Of a stretch of DNA of 43,233 nucleotides, positions 1 through 16,564 are shown in pieces. The stretch covers positions 795,653-838,885 of the forward strand of contig JAWQFM010000009.1 of the NCBI GenBank assembly GCA_033442325.1. The letters run 5' to 3'. Source of the DNA: Salpingoeca rosetta. Taxonomy: Eukaryota > Protista > Choanoflagellata. The stretch's first letter is position 1. Each line of letters starts with the position of its first letter. The translations under genes were made by a program, and so were the position numbers. The notes under the pieces were generated by a model. That model was not told the origin of the DNA. It saw only the letters and a program-made list of their open reading frames with translations, and did not search any database.

Positions 1-23
1 CTGCATGCACATGCGTGTTACAG

Positions 24-201
24 CAAGCGCTCGTGGAGTCAGGGGAGCTGCGCAGCGAGCAGGTTGAGTACTACAAGAAGTATGTCTTGCATCACCCGCG
101 CACGCATAGCCAACACAGCCACAATGGCAACAACGGCAACAACCAGCCATGACACTGCATGTTGCTCGCATCTGCGTTGCTCCCACAGATACGCAATGTG
201 A
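24..201 (+). CDS. 3' end of an unidentified spliced gene entering from the left (exons ~24-79, 189-201; ...QALVESGELRSEQVEYYKKYAM*)
   Basis: ttacag acceptor at 23, AA|gtatgt donor at 80, ccacag acceptor at 188, TGA at 199-201. Other frames are possible; product not recognised. Confidence 0.35.
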
Positions 202-701
202 TACTAGCAGTGGTATGTTGTGCGCATTGGTTGCGCAGTTTTTTTTTGGTTCATATTCCCAGTTCGAGCGCTGCTTGTCGTTATCCTTGAGCAAGCTTGC
301 CCACACTACATGTGCGTGCATGTGCATGTACATGTGTACGTGTGTGCGCGCATGCGTGCGCGCGTGGGTAAACGTGCTCCTTTGCCGTGTATGGGATGCA
401 ATCAGCGACACTGCCTCGCCAGCTGTTGTCTGTATAGACGCACGTGCGCATTGCACATGCGTCGATATCATATGTGTCTTTTCCAAGAAGATCTAATGGA
501 ATGAACCAACGACATATGTACATGCAAAGAGAGGTAGAGGTGTGTGTGGGAGCAACAGTCATATCCTAGCTTCTAAACGACACGAGAGAACAACAACAAC
601 AACAACAAAGTGCAACTATGGGGCGGAACCAATTGTGTCTGTGTGTGTGAGAGCGAGTGTGTGTGTGTGTGTGCGTGTCTGTGTGTGTGTGTGTGTGTGT
701 G

Positions 702-1087
702 NNNNNNNNNNNNNNNNNNNNNNNNNNNNNNNNNNNNNNNNNNNNNNNNNNNNNNNNNNNNNNNNNNNNNNNNNNNNNNNNNNNNNNNNNNNNNNNNNNN
801 NNNNNNNNNNNNNNNNNNNNNNNNNNNNNNNNNNNNNNNNNNNNNNNNNNNNNNNNNNNNNNNNNNNNNNNNNNNNNNNNNNNNNNNNNNNNNNNNNNNN
901 NNNNNNNNNNNNNNNNNNNNNNNNNNNNNNNNNNNNNNNNNNNNNNNNNNNNNNNNNNNNNNNNNNNNNNNNNNNNNNNNNNNNNNNNNNNNNNNNNNNN
1001 NNNNNNNNNNNNNNNNNNNNNNNNNNNNNNNNNNNNNNNNNNNNNNNNNNNNNNNNNNNNNNNNNNNNNNNNNNNNNNNNNNNNNNN
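702..1087. other. Assembly gap
   Basis: Run of N flanked by (GT)n and (CA)n. Confidence 1.
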
Positions 1088-1171
<84 letters not shown>

Positions 1172-1176
1172 CTCAC

Positions 1177-1740
1177 ATGATGGCGAAGATTTCGCCGCCC
1201 TTGAGCCGTTTCCTCCTGTGCGAATGCTGCGGCGTGGAGGTCGTGGTCGACGACGACGCCGAGGTTGACGGTGCCGATGCGGTGGTGATGGTGGTGTGTG
1301 GTTTGGTTGTGTCCTCCGTTGTGGTCGCATTGGCCGTGCTCGTAATTGTCGTCATGTTGCCCTGGGTACTTGAGGTGGTGGTGATGTTGGCGGTCGTGGT
1401 CGTGGTCGTGGTGCTATTGCTGTGCGTGGTGGTGGAGGAGGTTGTGTTTGCTGGGATGTGATGCCTCGTGCTTGTGGTGGTGATGTTGGGCGTTGTAGAT
1501 GCGTTTGCAGCAGAGGTGGATGTTTGTGCAGCTGCGGTGGATGGCAGCGGTTGCCCCACTGCCGCCGGCTGTCGTGACAATGCATTGGATGGTGCGGGCA
1601 TGGGCATGACCAGGCAACCTGTTGGGGGAGGGGATGGGGTACATGCGTGTGCATTCGTGTGATGAGCACATGTGTGAGGAGTATGGGCAGACAGATGAGA
1701 CGCACACAACTGGCATTGCCCGGCGAGCAAGGAGACAGAG

Positions 1741-1807
<67 letters not shown>

Positions 1808-2049
1808 AAGAGAGTGCGTGTATGTGCATACATATGGGTGGTGTGTGTTAGCCACAGACACATCCAAACACAAACACACACACACACACGCAGACACAAA
1901 CAAAAATCCATACTTTGAGTTGCGAGGATGCCCAGGAATGCAAACAGGAGCCACGTCCATCGTCGCCGCCACTTGAGGCCGCCAGCACCACCGCTGCCAT
2001 GGCCATCACTCGCGCGTTGCGCCATCATCATCGTTGTGGTTGTGGTCAT
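1177..2049 (-). CDS. Thr/Ser-rich mucin-like membrane protein, partial (3' part probably in the gap)
   Basis: Exon 2049-1914 has a hydrophobic stretch (WRRRWTWLLFAFLGILATQ) and a gtatgg donor. Exon 1618-1177 is in frame and Thr-rich (TTTTTTTANITTTSSTQ), ending ...LKGGEIFAII|gtgagc, which looks like the start of a TM helix. Start codon uncertain. Confidence 0.6.
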
Positions 2050-2374
2050 GTCACGGGCCACAGCAGTGTCTTCCTGCGCGCACGTCGCACACAGGGCTTG
2101 TTCGTCTCGGGACAGGCGTGTCGCCCATGCACCACTCGCGGGTTAAGGGTGTGCTCCAGCTGCACCGACAAAGATCACAATGGCAACAGCGCTGGCGGTG
2201 AGATACGTGCGCGCGTGTGCACTCGCGTCTTTGCGTACGTGTACGTGTTTGGTCGCGTGTGTGTTCGGAATTGGAGGGCCAGGCTGTTGTTGATAGTCGT
2301 CGTTGTTGTTTCTGCTTTTTTTTTTTTCGCACACACACACACACGAACGCAACAAACAACAACAAACAACGACG

Positions 2375-2984
2375 ATGATGATGAGGCTGAGGATCAGGCT
2401 GAGGAGGAACAACAGGGTGGGTGGAGGAGGTGTGTTCGCTGTTGCTGTGTTGCTGGCAGTGGTGGTAATTGCGCTTCTTGCCGGCGCTCAGGCACAGGAT
2501 GTCGACTGCAGCACCGAGCCAGACAACACGCCATGGTATGGGCATGATCGCTGTGCATGTGTGTGTGTGTGTGTGTGTGTTGGAGATGTAGTGCTGTGGC
2601 AGTGATGGAACGCCCACGCTTCAGCAAACATGATCACGATCACGCTGACGTGCTCACTTGACTCACTTGCTTGCTCACTTGCTTGGCTGCTTGCTTGCAG
2701 CGATGATGGCTCGTCCCTGACAGACAACGATCGCTGCCAAGGAGGTGTGGACCCCCCCCCCCGCTGTCCATGCGTGTGCCATGCGTGTGCAATGCTTGTG
2801 CCATGCGTGTGCCATGCATGCATCAATGGTGATTGGCGCCTTGCCCTGACATTATGATCACTCGCTCGCGCTCCTTCCACAGGCTCGTGCGTTGGCGTGT
2901 GTCGCAGATATGAGTTCAACGGCCAATGCTTGTCGAGCTGCCCATCTGGCTACGTACGTGACGCACACCTGAAATTGTGGACGC

Positions 2985-3066
<82 letters not shown>

Positions 3067-3533
3067 GTGTGTGTGTGTGTGTGTCAGTGTGCTTCTGCTT
3101 TTTGCATTGTTTTGTGTGTGTCAGTGTGCTTCTGCTTCTGCTTCTGTGTATGTAGCTTGTCGGCTTGAAAGTTGTCGTTCATGCTGCAGCAACCCTGGGT
3201 CCAACGGCCTTGTTCCTGTGGGCACAACAGGTAGAAGACACAAACACCTGCTCAGAGCTGCATGAGGAGTGTGGTAGCCATTGCCTGGACTGCGCCGACA
3301 ACGGCAAGAGCTGTGCCAGATGCCAGCGATCCAAGGTGTGATTCCCGTTCACTCTCGCTGTCACACCAATGTAGCATTGCATGATTAGCATGACAGCCCT
3401 TTTCACCCTCGCATTCATGTGTACATGTGTGTGTTTGTGGTTCAGTACCTTGAGGACGGGGAGTGCCGGGATGAATGCAGCATCAAGAGTTCAAGCGGCG
3501 AAAACAGGTGTGTGTATGTGTGTGTGTGCGTGT

Positions 3534-3583
<50 letters not shown>

Positions 3584-3744
3584 ATGGGTGTGTGGGTGTG
3601 CGTGCGCTGGGCCGCTCATCGACCAATCATCACGCCGCTGCACCAACAACGCACTGTCATGGCCAGCTTTCGAACGGAAACAAATCCATATGGCCGCTAC
3701 TGCAACACTCCGCCACCAACAGAGACTGTCCTTTCAGAGAGTGA

Positions 3745-3775
<31 letters not shown>

Positions 3776-4387
3776 CGTTGTGTATGTGTATGAGTGTGTG
3801 CGCACATGTGTCTCTATGGCGTACGCGTAAACCCAGCCAATGTCTGCTGTCACCACCCCATTCTTACTTCATCGCCACACTTGTCACCACCACCACCAGC
3901 GGTGATCATTGGCATTGCTGCGGGCGGGGGTGCGCTGGTGCTGCTCATTGTCTGTGTTGTCGTGTACATCACGTGCGACCGCCGCCGCTCCCGTCTTCGC
4001 CTCGAACTCGACGCCGAAGACGACAACACCCCGCACAGGCAGCGTGAGTGTGTGTGTGTGTGTCTGTGTCTCTGTGTGTCTGTGTCTGTCTGCGTGTGTG
4101 TGTCTGTCTGTGTGTGTGTGTGTGTGTGTCTGTGTCTGTCTGTGTGTCTGTGTCTGTGTGTGCAGTTGCACTAGAGTGTTTTTGGAACGAATGGTCCCCC
4201 ACCGCCCATCACACACACACACATACGCACATACACATACACACGCACACGCACATACGCACATACGCACACACACACACACGCATGTCTGCCTGCAGCG
4301 TCCACGCGAAGTGACACAGAATCCATTGCCCTCTCGACGTTTCCGCCACCGCCGGAATTCAGCGATAACACGTGCGTGCGACCTGTG

Positions 4388-4423
<36 letters not shown>

Positions 4424-4999
4424 GTGTGTGTGCGTGTGTGTCCGTGTGTTTGTGTCTGTGTCTGTGTTTGTGTGTGAGAGAGAGACCAGCAAGAAGAAGG
4501 TGTATTGATTGTTGTCTCTGACACACGCGCACCTATGCACACTCTCCAACACCTGCACAAACACAAACACAAACGCAAACACAAACACATGCACACATTG
4601 TGTGACTGCAGATCCGTCTTTGCAACAGCGTCGTCACCATCTGGCGTTAGCGATAAGCAGAAGAAGAAGGTTCACACATGCACATGCTCATGCACAGGCA
4701 CATGCACATGCACATGCACAGGCATACCTCAATGGACACACTGACACGCACTTGCACACATCCATGTGCGCGTCCAAGCGCTCACTCCTTCGTCAAACAC
4801 ATAAACACACGTAATACACACACAACACACTGCCCTCCACCCCTCTTTCACCACTTCAGTGGCAGAAAACGGTACGCCGGCTGTCGCAATCGCAGGCGCT
4901 GGACGCAACGACGATGGACATATCCGCACAGACGCAGCACATTATTGACAACATGCACACGGCAACGCTCGGTGCGGCTTGCAGTGGTTGCCAGGGGCA

Positions 5000-5071
<72 letters not shown>

Positions 5072-5656
5072 GGGTGTGTATGTGTGTGTGCCTGTGTGTG
5101 CCTGTGTGTGTGTGTGTGTGCCTGAGTGTGTGTGTCTGGCTGGCTGGCTGGCTGGCTGGCTGGCTAGCTGTGTCTGTGTGCAAGTGGAGCATGCTTGAAT
5201 GTGTGCTCACACGTCACCACCACCAACCGGCTCCAACCGCCACCAGATGCGTCCACGGCACAGCACGTGTTTGCGCGTCTTGCTGAAATGCGACACGACC
5301 GCGCCCTCTACTTCGTTCTCCTCAAAGTACCGAACACACACACACATGCCGTGCGTGGACATGCTCCGTGTTCTTGAAGGCGACCATTTGCTATTGCACA
5401 TGTCCTGACCCTTCTTCTTCTTCTTCTTCTTCTTCTTCCTCTGCTGCTGTCCACCACCACGACACGACACGCCACCGCCCTCACCAACCTCACACGCCAC
5501 CACCTTCACCCCCTCCCCTCCCCCGGGGGGCGCGTTGCAGGACATGCAGCGGCGGCAGAAGAAGAAGGCGGGGCAGCACCAGTCGACGGAGCGCTACGAC
5601 CGTCTCATCGCCGACCTCACAATCGTCCTCCAGCTCTTCCAGCAGAGCAAGGTCCG

Positions 5657-5695
<39 letters not shown>

Positions 5696-6200
5696 GTGTG
5701 TGTGTTTTTGTGTGTTTTTGTGTGTTTGTATTTGTGCTTGTATGCTGTGCCTGCCTGCATGTCTGCATGTCTATCTGTCTGTTTGTTTTACCGTGTCTGC
5801 TCGTTTCCTTGAACAGTACTGACCTTCTCCTCCGCCCTTCTCTCATCTCGTGTGCCGTGGTGCTGTGTTTGCTGCGTGGACGTGCAGTCGAATCGCACAT
5901 TTCCAGTCGACTGCATGCGCCTCCTCGATTGGGCTCAGGTGACACCACACCCTATGCGCGCGTGTGTGTGAACGTTTCTGTGTGTGTCGATGTGTGTGTG
6001 TCTGTGTCTGTGTCTGTGTGTCTCTGTGTGCGTGTGTGGACGACGGAACTGCATCCCACATGCTTCAATTCAACCCACCTCACACCATTGCCCTTGAACA
6101 CTTGATGTGTTGTGTTTCCCACTGCCAGTCGACATTGGACAAATACGTCAGCGCACGGGCAGCGAAGATGGGCGCGACTGTCGAGTCCTCGGAATCATAA
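2375..6200 (+). CDS. Type I membrane protein: signal peptide, CDDG-type Cys repeat, furin-like (FU) Cys-rich repeats, TM helix, non-kinase cytoplasmic domain
   Basis: About 13 exons splice in consistent phase: [21 protein letters not shown] (signal); [21 protein letters not shown]; [11 protein letters not shown]|VEDTNTC; [18 protein letters not shown]; [11 protein letters not shown]; [25 protein letters not shown] then RRR; STFPPPPEF; ...LLDWAQ|STLDKYV...ES* (TAA 6198-6200). Confidence 0.8.
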
Positions 6201-6745
6201 CGCGACACACACGCACGCACGCGCACACACACACACACACGTACACACGACACACACGTACACGTACACACGACACACACACACACGTGCTTCATCATCG
6301 TCATCACCGCCGTCATCATCATCATCATCGTTTGTGTCCAGGACAGATTACACATGCGCTGCTCCGGTCATCTCATCCACTTTCGTTCTTTCTGACCCCG
6401 CCCCCTTATCATGCTTCCAATGTAGACCACCTCCCTTGCACGCTTCCCTGCTTTTCCTCCTCTCATGCACACGTGCACGCTTGCTGCGTCGCTCCTTCAT
6501 GCGCGAGCTGTTGTGGCTTTTTTGTTTATCGCTTGGTCTTGCATGTACGGGTGTGTGACTCTCACAATCGCTCTGTAAAAATCCTCCCACAGACAGAGAC
6601 ACGCCATGTCCCAATCAAAGGCCAAAGCATGCGAGCGTGTCACACACTCACACATACGAACAACCCCACCGACAACACGAACAGCAGCAGCGCTTGCCAG
6701 CAACCCCTGTCATGAACGAGGGAGCGCGGGTGTGCATCTAACTTC

Positions 6746-10200
<3,455 letters not shown>

Positions 10201-10520
10201 CCCCCGGACCGCATACACACACACACACACAGCTGTACGTGAGCGCACTGACACATCAAAGCAACACAACACAACAAGGAGCATCAAACACACACACACA
10301 CACACACACACACATGCGCGCGCCCACAAAACACCAAACACACCAGTCATCTTGGCCGTTATTTTGGTGGTGGATGATGTGGTGGAGAATGTCGTGGCGC
10401 GCTCACACACGACCACCACCCCTGTCACGCCTTTCCCCCTCCTCAGCTAACGAGCGAAAGCTGGCTGGCTTTGTTTATTCTGGCTCTATGTTGACAGGCA
10501 GATGATGACTGCTGGCCTTG

Positions 10521-11364
10521 CTAGAGAGGGGTAACGCGTGTGGAGAGGCGTGTGAAGCGAGCCGTGTGTTCGTCACGATCGACGGTCCCAGGCAGACCTT
10601 CCGACTCAAGCGTGAAGCTGGCGGCTACAGTGCCGTGTAGCGCCGCAAACAGCAACCTGTCTCGATCATGCAGGACCCCATGCACCCACGACGCAACCTG
10701 CTCGGGCTCAACATCACCGCTGCCCACACCCTGTCCTCCTGCTTGTCGTTGCTGCTGCTGTCTTGCGGCGCCTTCAACACCACCATCATCACCATTGCGC
10801 TGACCAAGTACAGCACCATCATCTAGAGCATTGTCATCGTCGTCGTCATCACCAGCACCATCACGACTGTCACAGCACGGCTGGCACAGCGCAGCGAGGA
10901 ACGTGCCACAGAACGTGTTGCCGCACCCCGTGTCGTTGACGAAGCGTGCTGTATCGACTGTCGGGATGGAGGCTGCCCACGTGCGTGCAGCAACAATGCA
11001 CCCGTCCTCACCACAGCGCACGACAACAACAGGGCACGCGAGCTCGCCCAGCAGCTGCCGTGTGACGGCGACTGCGGGCATATCGGGTGGGGCGGACAGG
11101 AGGCGCCGTGCTTCGTGCACGTTGGGGGAGTACACGTGGAAGGAGGGCGAGAGAGCACGCATGGCAGGCAGATCACCTGCGCTCACCCGCTGCAATGTGG
11201 GATGTGTGATGTGGTGTGTGATGCGGTGTGTGATGTGGTGCGTGATGGCTGGGGTATGAGAAGCGAAGATATGTGACGTGAGGGGAGAGCACGCAGGCAA
11301 TGGATGGAAGCAGGTGGAAGCAGGTGGGAGGTCGAAGAACGCACAGCCAGTGACAGAGAGCTCC

Positions 11365-11437
<73 letters not shown>

Positions 11438-11613
11438 CGTACGACTAATTCTCCCAGTTTGAAATGACGCGATCACACCTAGTGTAGGTCCGCCGATGCG
11501 TTGTCGACTCCATAGGAAAACCGGGAGGTTAGGGCTACCAGGACGGAGGAGTGACACTGAGGGAAAACCCCATCCCTCTCGGAAGCATATTGCGGGGGTT
11601 TATGCCTAGAGAG

Positions 11614-11684
<71 letters not shown>

Positions 11685-11923
11685 CCACACGTACCGGTGA
11701 TGGCTCAAGCAATGCGAGTCCACGAAAGCCGCGACGTCTAAGGTTTGTGACAATGTCTGCTGCTCGCTGGGGCGCCGCCAGCAGATGTACGCCACTCGCA
11801 CCAATATAGTGGTCTAAGACGGTATGTGAGCGTGAATACATGAGAGACGGGCTGGCTCTTGCGCTCGTATGCACACACTCGCACGCACGCACACACACAC
11901 GCACGCACGCACGCACACACACA

Positions 11924-11959
<36 letters not shown>

Positions 11960-12213
11960 CACACAGAGAGCAATATGCATGGTGCGCAATTCTACATGCA
12001 CACAGAGCAGGGTTACACGCAATCACATGCATGGCACGCACCGGGAACATCTGCGACTGTTGGCCGAAAGCGGTCACGATAGGTTGCAGTGTCCATCATG
12101 GCAAAGTTGCGTGTCCCATCCATGTACGACACGAGACGGCCTCGAGGATTCGGTATATCGACTGTGGAGAAGCGTGGGTGGAGAGTGAGTCGGGAGCAAC
12201 CGACCTTGAGTCA

Positions 12214-12269
<56 letters not shown>

Positions 12270-13073
12270 GCACTCTCTGTCTTACGGATGGTGACGCCAG
12301 CTGTATCGATGTGCAGCTCGCGCATACGGTTGAGAAAGTCCACGTCGGTCAATATGTCGCGGCCAACACGCGCCACCATGGCCGCGGTTTGCTGGATATC
12401 AGAACGACGTTGACCAGTGATGGCAGTGTGAGCGTTGGCTGACACGTGAATGGATACACATCGCGCGTCGGGTGATACGCTGGTGAGGTCATCAATACAC
12501 TCACTCACTCACTCAATCAATCAATCACACACTCGCTCACTCACTCACTCACTCACTCACTCACTCACTCATACTCACTCATTCATTCACTCACTCACAC
12601 TCACTCACTCACTCACACTCACTCACTCACACTCACTCACTCACTCATTCATTCACTCACTCCTCACACACACACGCACACGCACACACACACACGCACA
12701 CACACACTCACGCTCACACACACACACTTACTCACTCACTCACACGAACCGGGAGCTGTAGGTGGTCGCACATGATGGCCATGCCGTTGCAGGCGAAGGT
12801 ATTGCCGCCCCCGAGGGCTTGTGTGAACATGTCATTGGTGTGGCTGGCGTGCTGAACCCTGTCTGGCGGCATCCCCGACGGTGACCGCGTCACACCTGGC
12901 TCCCTGCAGATGATGATATCATCCACAATCACAGCAGCCATGCTGAAGCACAGCGGCGGGCGCAAGTGCTCTTCTTCTTGCTGCTCTTGGTGACGCCACT
13001 GTCCTGGGTGATGCTGCTGCCCTTGGTGATGCTGCTCCTCGCCACAGCCGCTGTCTTCGCACGGCACCCCCAT
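10521..13073 (-). CDS. pfkB/ribokinase-fold carbohydrate kinase, Mak32-like
   Basis: VIVDDII, LGGGNTFA, VARVGRD, LLEPSP, YSPNVHEA, VVVRCGEDG, VNDTGCGNTFCG, AALHGTVAASFTLESEGLP. Terminal exon ~11191-10521. Confidence 0.85.
11364..11607 (-). mobile_element. Putative small retroposed element or structured RNA with (GT)n tail inside a pfkB intron, flanked by the 9-bp direct repeat AGAGAGCTC
   Basis: AGAGAGCTC at 11355-11363 and 11608-11616 bracket a ~72-nt CA tract and 172 nt of unique sequence with several minus-strand stems. Confidence 0.4.
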
Positions 13074-13632
13074 CGTGCAGGTCGGTAGCAGGTATTTGCT
13101 GCTCCCACAACAACACAACAACACAACAACAACAACACACCCGAAGCGAGCAAGCGAGGAAGGACTGCTGCGTGGTTTGTGCGTTTGGGCAATGGTCGTT
13201 GGTTCTCACGCAATCAATCAATCACGCACAAATCACCCACAACAGCGCTCAAGCAATACAGCCGGGGGAGGCAGGTTGGTCAGTGGCGCAAGCAAGTGAG
13301 CGAGCGAGCGAGCAAGGGTGGGGGGGGGGGGGCGAGGGGGGCGATTGCTTGATCCATGTTGATGGTGGTTGGTTGGCTGGTGGCGTGCTGTTGTGAAATG
13401 CTGGGGTGCTTGCTGCACCAGGGTGGTGGCATGATGTGGCGAACGAGCACGTGCCACCTATTGTTCATTCATCCTCTCGCTGTCTACCGCAGCTCATGCA
13501 CACACGCACGCACTCTCAAACGCTGGTTGTATCCATCGCTGACTACTGTGACTCTCATCCTCGATCCCACACATCTCGCTGCCGTCGCTGCAATCCACGC
13601 AGAGAGACACCGCCACACACTACAACAACGTC

Positions 13633-14326
13633 ATGACAAACGAGGACAAAGCATCGGGCCATCCCCGCCGTGCCGCCGAACCTGCCGTTGAGGAGCGTGG
13701 TGCACAGGGCTCGGGCCAGCCCACGGCAGTCGTCAAGAAACCACAGCCCTCGCTCCCGCCAATCCTCAAGTACGCACGCATCTCGTGTCCGTGTGTCTGT
13801 CGGTGTCAGTGTGTTTGTCTGTGTAAGTGTGTCTGTCTGTGTGTGTGTGTATCTGTTTGTGTTTGTGTCTGTGCCCATCTAGTTGTGCGATATGTGAGGC
13901 ACACTCAGGTACTGCACCTGCATCTTGCTCTCTTGTGCTCACTTACAGCGTGTGTGTGTGTGTGTGTGTGTGTTTGGTCAGGTATGGCACAGGTGCTGTC
14001 GCCACCATGGGAGCGTGTATCTTCAGCAATCCACTGGAAGTCATCAAGACGCGCATGCAGCTCCAGGTCTGTGTGTATGTGTCTGTGCGTGTGTGTGCGT
14101 GTGTGTTTGCGTGTGAGGGCTTCTGCCTCTGACTCTGTTTCTCTGTCTATCTGTCTCCTTGTGTTTCTGTCTGCTAGCTCATCCCCTGTACTCTGATGTG
14201 TGATGCTTTGTTGTGGTTTGTGTGGCAGGGCGAGATGAAGTCGTACGGCACGTACACCAAGTCATACCGCAACGTCTTCCACGCCGGTTACCTCATCTTC
14301 AAGAACGAGGGTTTGCGGTCCGTCAG

Positions 14327-14382
<56 letters not shown>

Positions 14383-15089
14383 ACGTAAGGTTACACNNNN
14401 NNNNNNNNNNNNNNNNNNNNNNNNNNNNNNNNNNNNNNNNNNNNNNNNNNNNNNNNNNNNNNNNNNNNNNNNNNNNNNNNNNNNNNNNNNNNNNNNNNNN
14501 NNNNNNNNNNNNNNNNNNNNNNNNNNNNNNNNNNNNNNNNNNNNNNNNNNNNNNNNNNNNNNNNNNNNNNNNNNNNNNNNNNNNNNNNNNNNNNNNNNNN
14601 NNNNNNNNNNNNNNNNNNNNNNNNNNNNNNNNNNNNNNNNNNNNNNNNNNNNNNNNNNNNNNNNNNNNNNNNNNNNNNNNNNNNNNNNNNNNNNNNNNNN
14701 NNNNNNNNNNNNNNNNNNNNNNNNNNNNNNNNNNNNNNNNNNNNNNNNNNNNNNNNNNNNNNNNNNNNNNNNNNNNNNNNNNNNNNNNNNNNNNNNNNNN
14801 NNNNNNNNNNNNNNNNNNNNNNNNNNNNNNNNNNNNNNNNNNNNNNNNNNNNNNNNNNNNNNNNNNNNNNNNNNNNNNNNNNNNNNNNNNNNNNNNNNNN
14901 NNNNNNNNNNNNNNNNNNNNNNNNNNNNNNNNNNNNNNNNNNNNNNNNNNNNNNNNNNNNNNNNNNNNNNNNNNNNNNNNNNNNNNNNNNNNNNNNNNNN
15001 NNNNNNNNNNNNNNNNNNNNNNNNNNNNNNNNNNNNNNNNNNNNNNNNNNNNNNNNNNNNNNNNNNNNNNNNNNNNNNNNNNNNNNNNN

Positions 15090-15169
<80 letters not shown>

Positions 15170-16138
15170 CGCCGTGTCCGGAGCTGTGTCGTCGTGTTTT
15201 GGTAGTCCGTTTTATCTCGTCAAGACGCAGCAGCAGGCGCAGTGTGCAACGCAGGCCGCTGTCGGCTACCAGGTCTGGTTCCTCCTGTTTGCTTGCAAGC
15301 ACGCACAGCACCAGTGAGGCTGCGAATGCGTCTGCATTTTGGGAATGGAACATTAAGCCCAACGCTTCCGTTCCACGCGCCCGCACACTCATTCGCATGC
15401 ACACACACTCACACACTCACTCACACACTCACTCACACACTCACTCACTCACACACTCACTCATTCACTCACACACACTCTCTCACACACTCACACATGC
15501 ACAACACACACACTCTCTCACCCACTCGCATGCACCATCCACGTGTACACGTGCATGACAGCACCACCACAAGTCTGGGCTGGATGCGTTTCGCGGTATC
15601 CTGCACGAGTCTGGCGTGAAGGGCCTGTGGCGTGGCGTGACAGGCTCCATCCCACGCCTCATTGTCGGATCGAGCGTCCAGCTCTCCACGTACTCGCAGG
15701 TTGGCTCGCGAGTTGGATCAGGGGTGGGCGGTGTTGCGGGGAGAGAGGTTGATGTTGGTCGTGGTGTAGTCCCCGTTCATGACCCTTGTGTCGCTGCTCT
15801 GTCTCGCTGCTCTGTGTGGCTGCTTGTCACTCACTCACATGACACCCTCTCTCGCACACTCGCACAACCAACCAACCAACAACCGCAACCAACCAGAGCC
15901 GTGAGGTGCTGCAGAAGTACACGCCAATGGAAGAGGGTGTGCTGCTCCACTTCTCCGCATCAATGCTTGCAGGCATGTTTGTCGCGGTCGCCATGAATCC
16001 GTTTGATGTTGTCGCCACGCGCCTGTACAACCAGCCCGTTGACCCCAAGACGAAGAAGGGCCTATACTACCGCAGCGTTGGCGACTGTCTCGTCAAGATC
16101 TTCCGCACAGAGGGGCTGCGCGGCCTCTACAAGGTGTG

Positions 16139-16184
<46 letters not shown>

Positions 16185-16564
16185 TGTCTGTCTGTGTCTG
16201 TGTCTGTGTGTCTGTGTCTGTGTGTCTGTGTCTGTGTGTCTGTGTCTGTGTGTGTCTGTGTGTGTATGTGCTTATGTGTCTCTCTGACCGTCTCTGTGCG
16301 TGTGTGTGCGTGTGCCTCTCTCTCTCTCTCCCTCTGGGTGTTTGTCTGTGTGCATTTACTTGCTTCTCTACCCCTATTTCTACCCCAGCCCTCATCTTGG
16401 CTCTGTTTGCTTCCCCCTCCCCCTGGCTCTGGCTCTGGCTCTTGCTTTCTTCCGTGCAGGGCGTGATGCCGCTGTATCTGCGTCTTGGGCCTCATACTGT
16501 GCTCACGTTTGTGTTCTGGGAGCAGCTGCGCAAACCCTTTGAGCAGCACCAAGTCCAGCTCTGA
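13633..16564 (+). CDS. SLC25A35: Mitochondrial carrier, OAC1/SLC25A34-35 (oxaloacetate carrier) type; middle exons lie in the gap
   Basis: Carrier motifs [13 protein letters not shown]|GE and [16 protein letters not shown]; YRNVFHA; AVGYQ|HHH; GLWRGV; [10 protein letters not shown]; [19 protein letters not shown]; TGA at 16562-16564. Confidence 0.92.
14397..15089. other. Assembly gap
   Basis: Run of N. Confidence 1.

Noticed and set aside
14380-14396. GAGACGTAAGGTTACAC before the gap as a possible transposon end
   Set aside because: Only 17 nt are visible, so it cannot be assessed.
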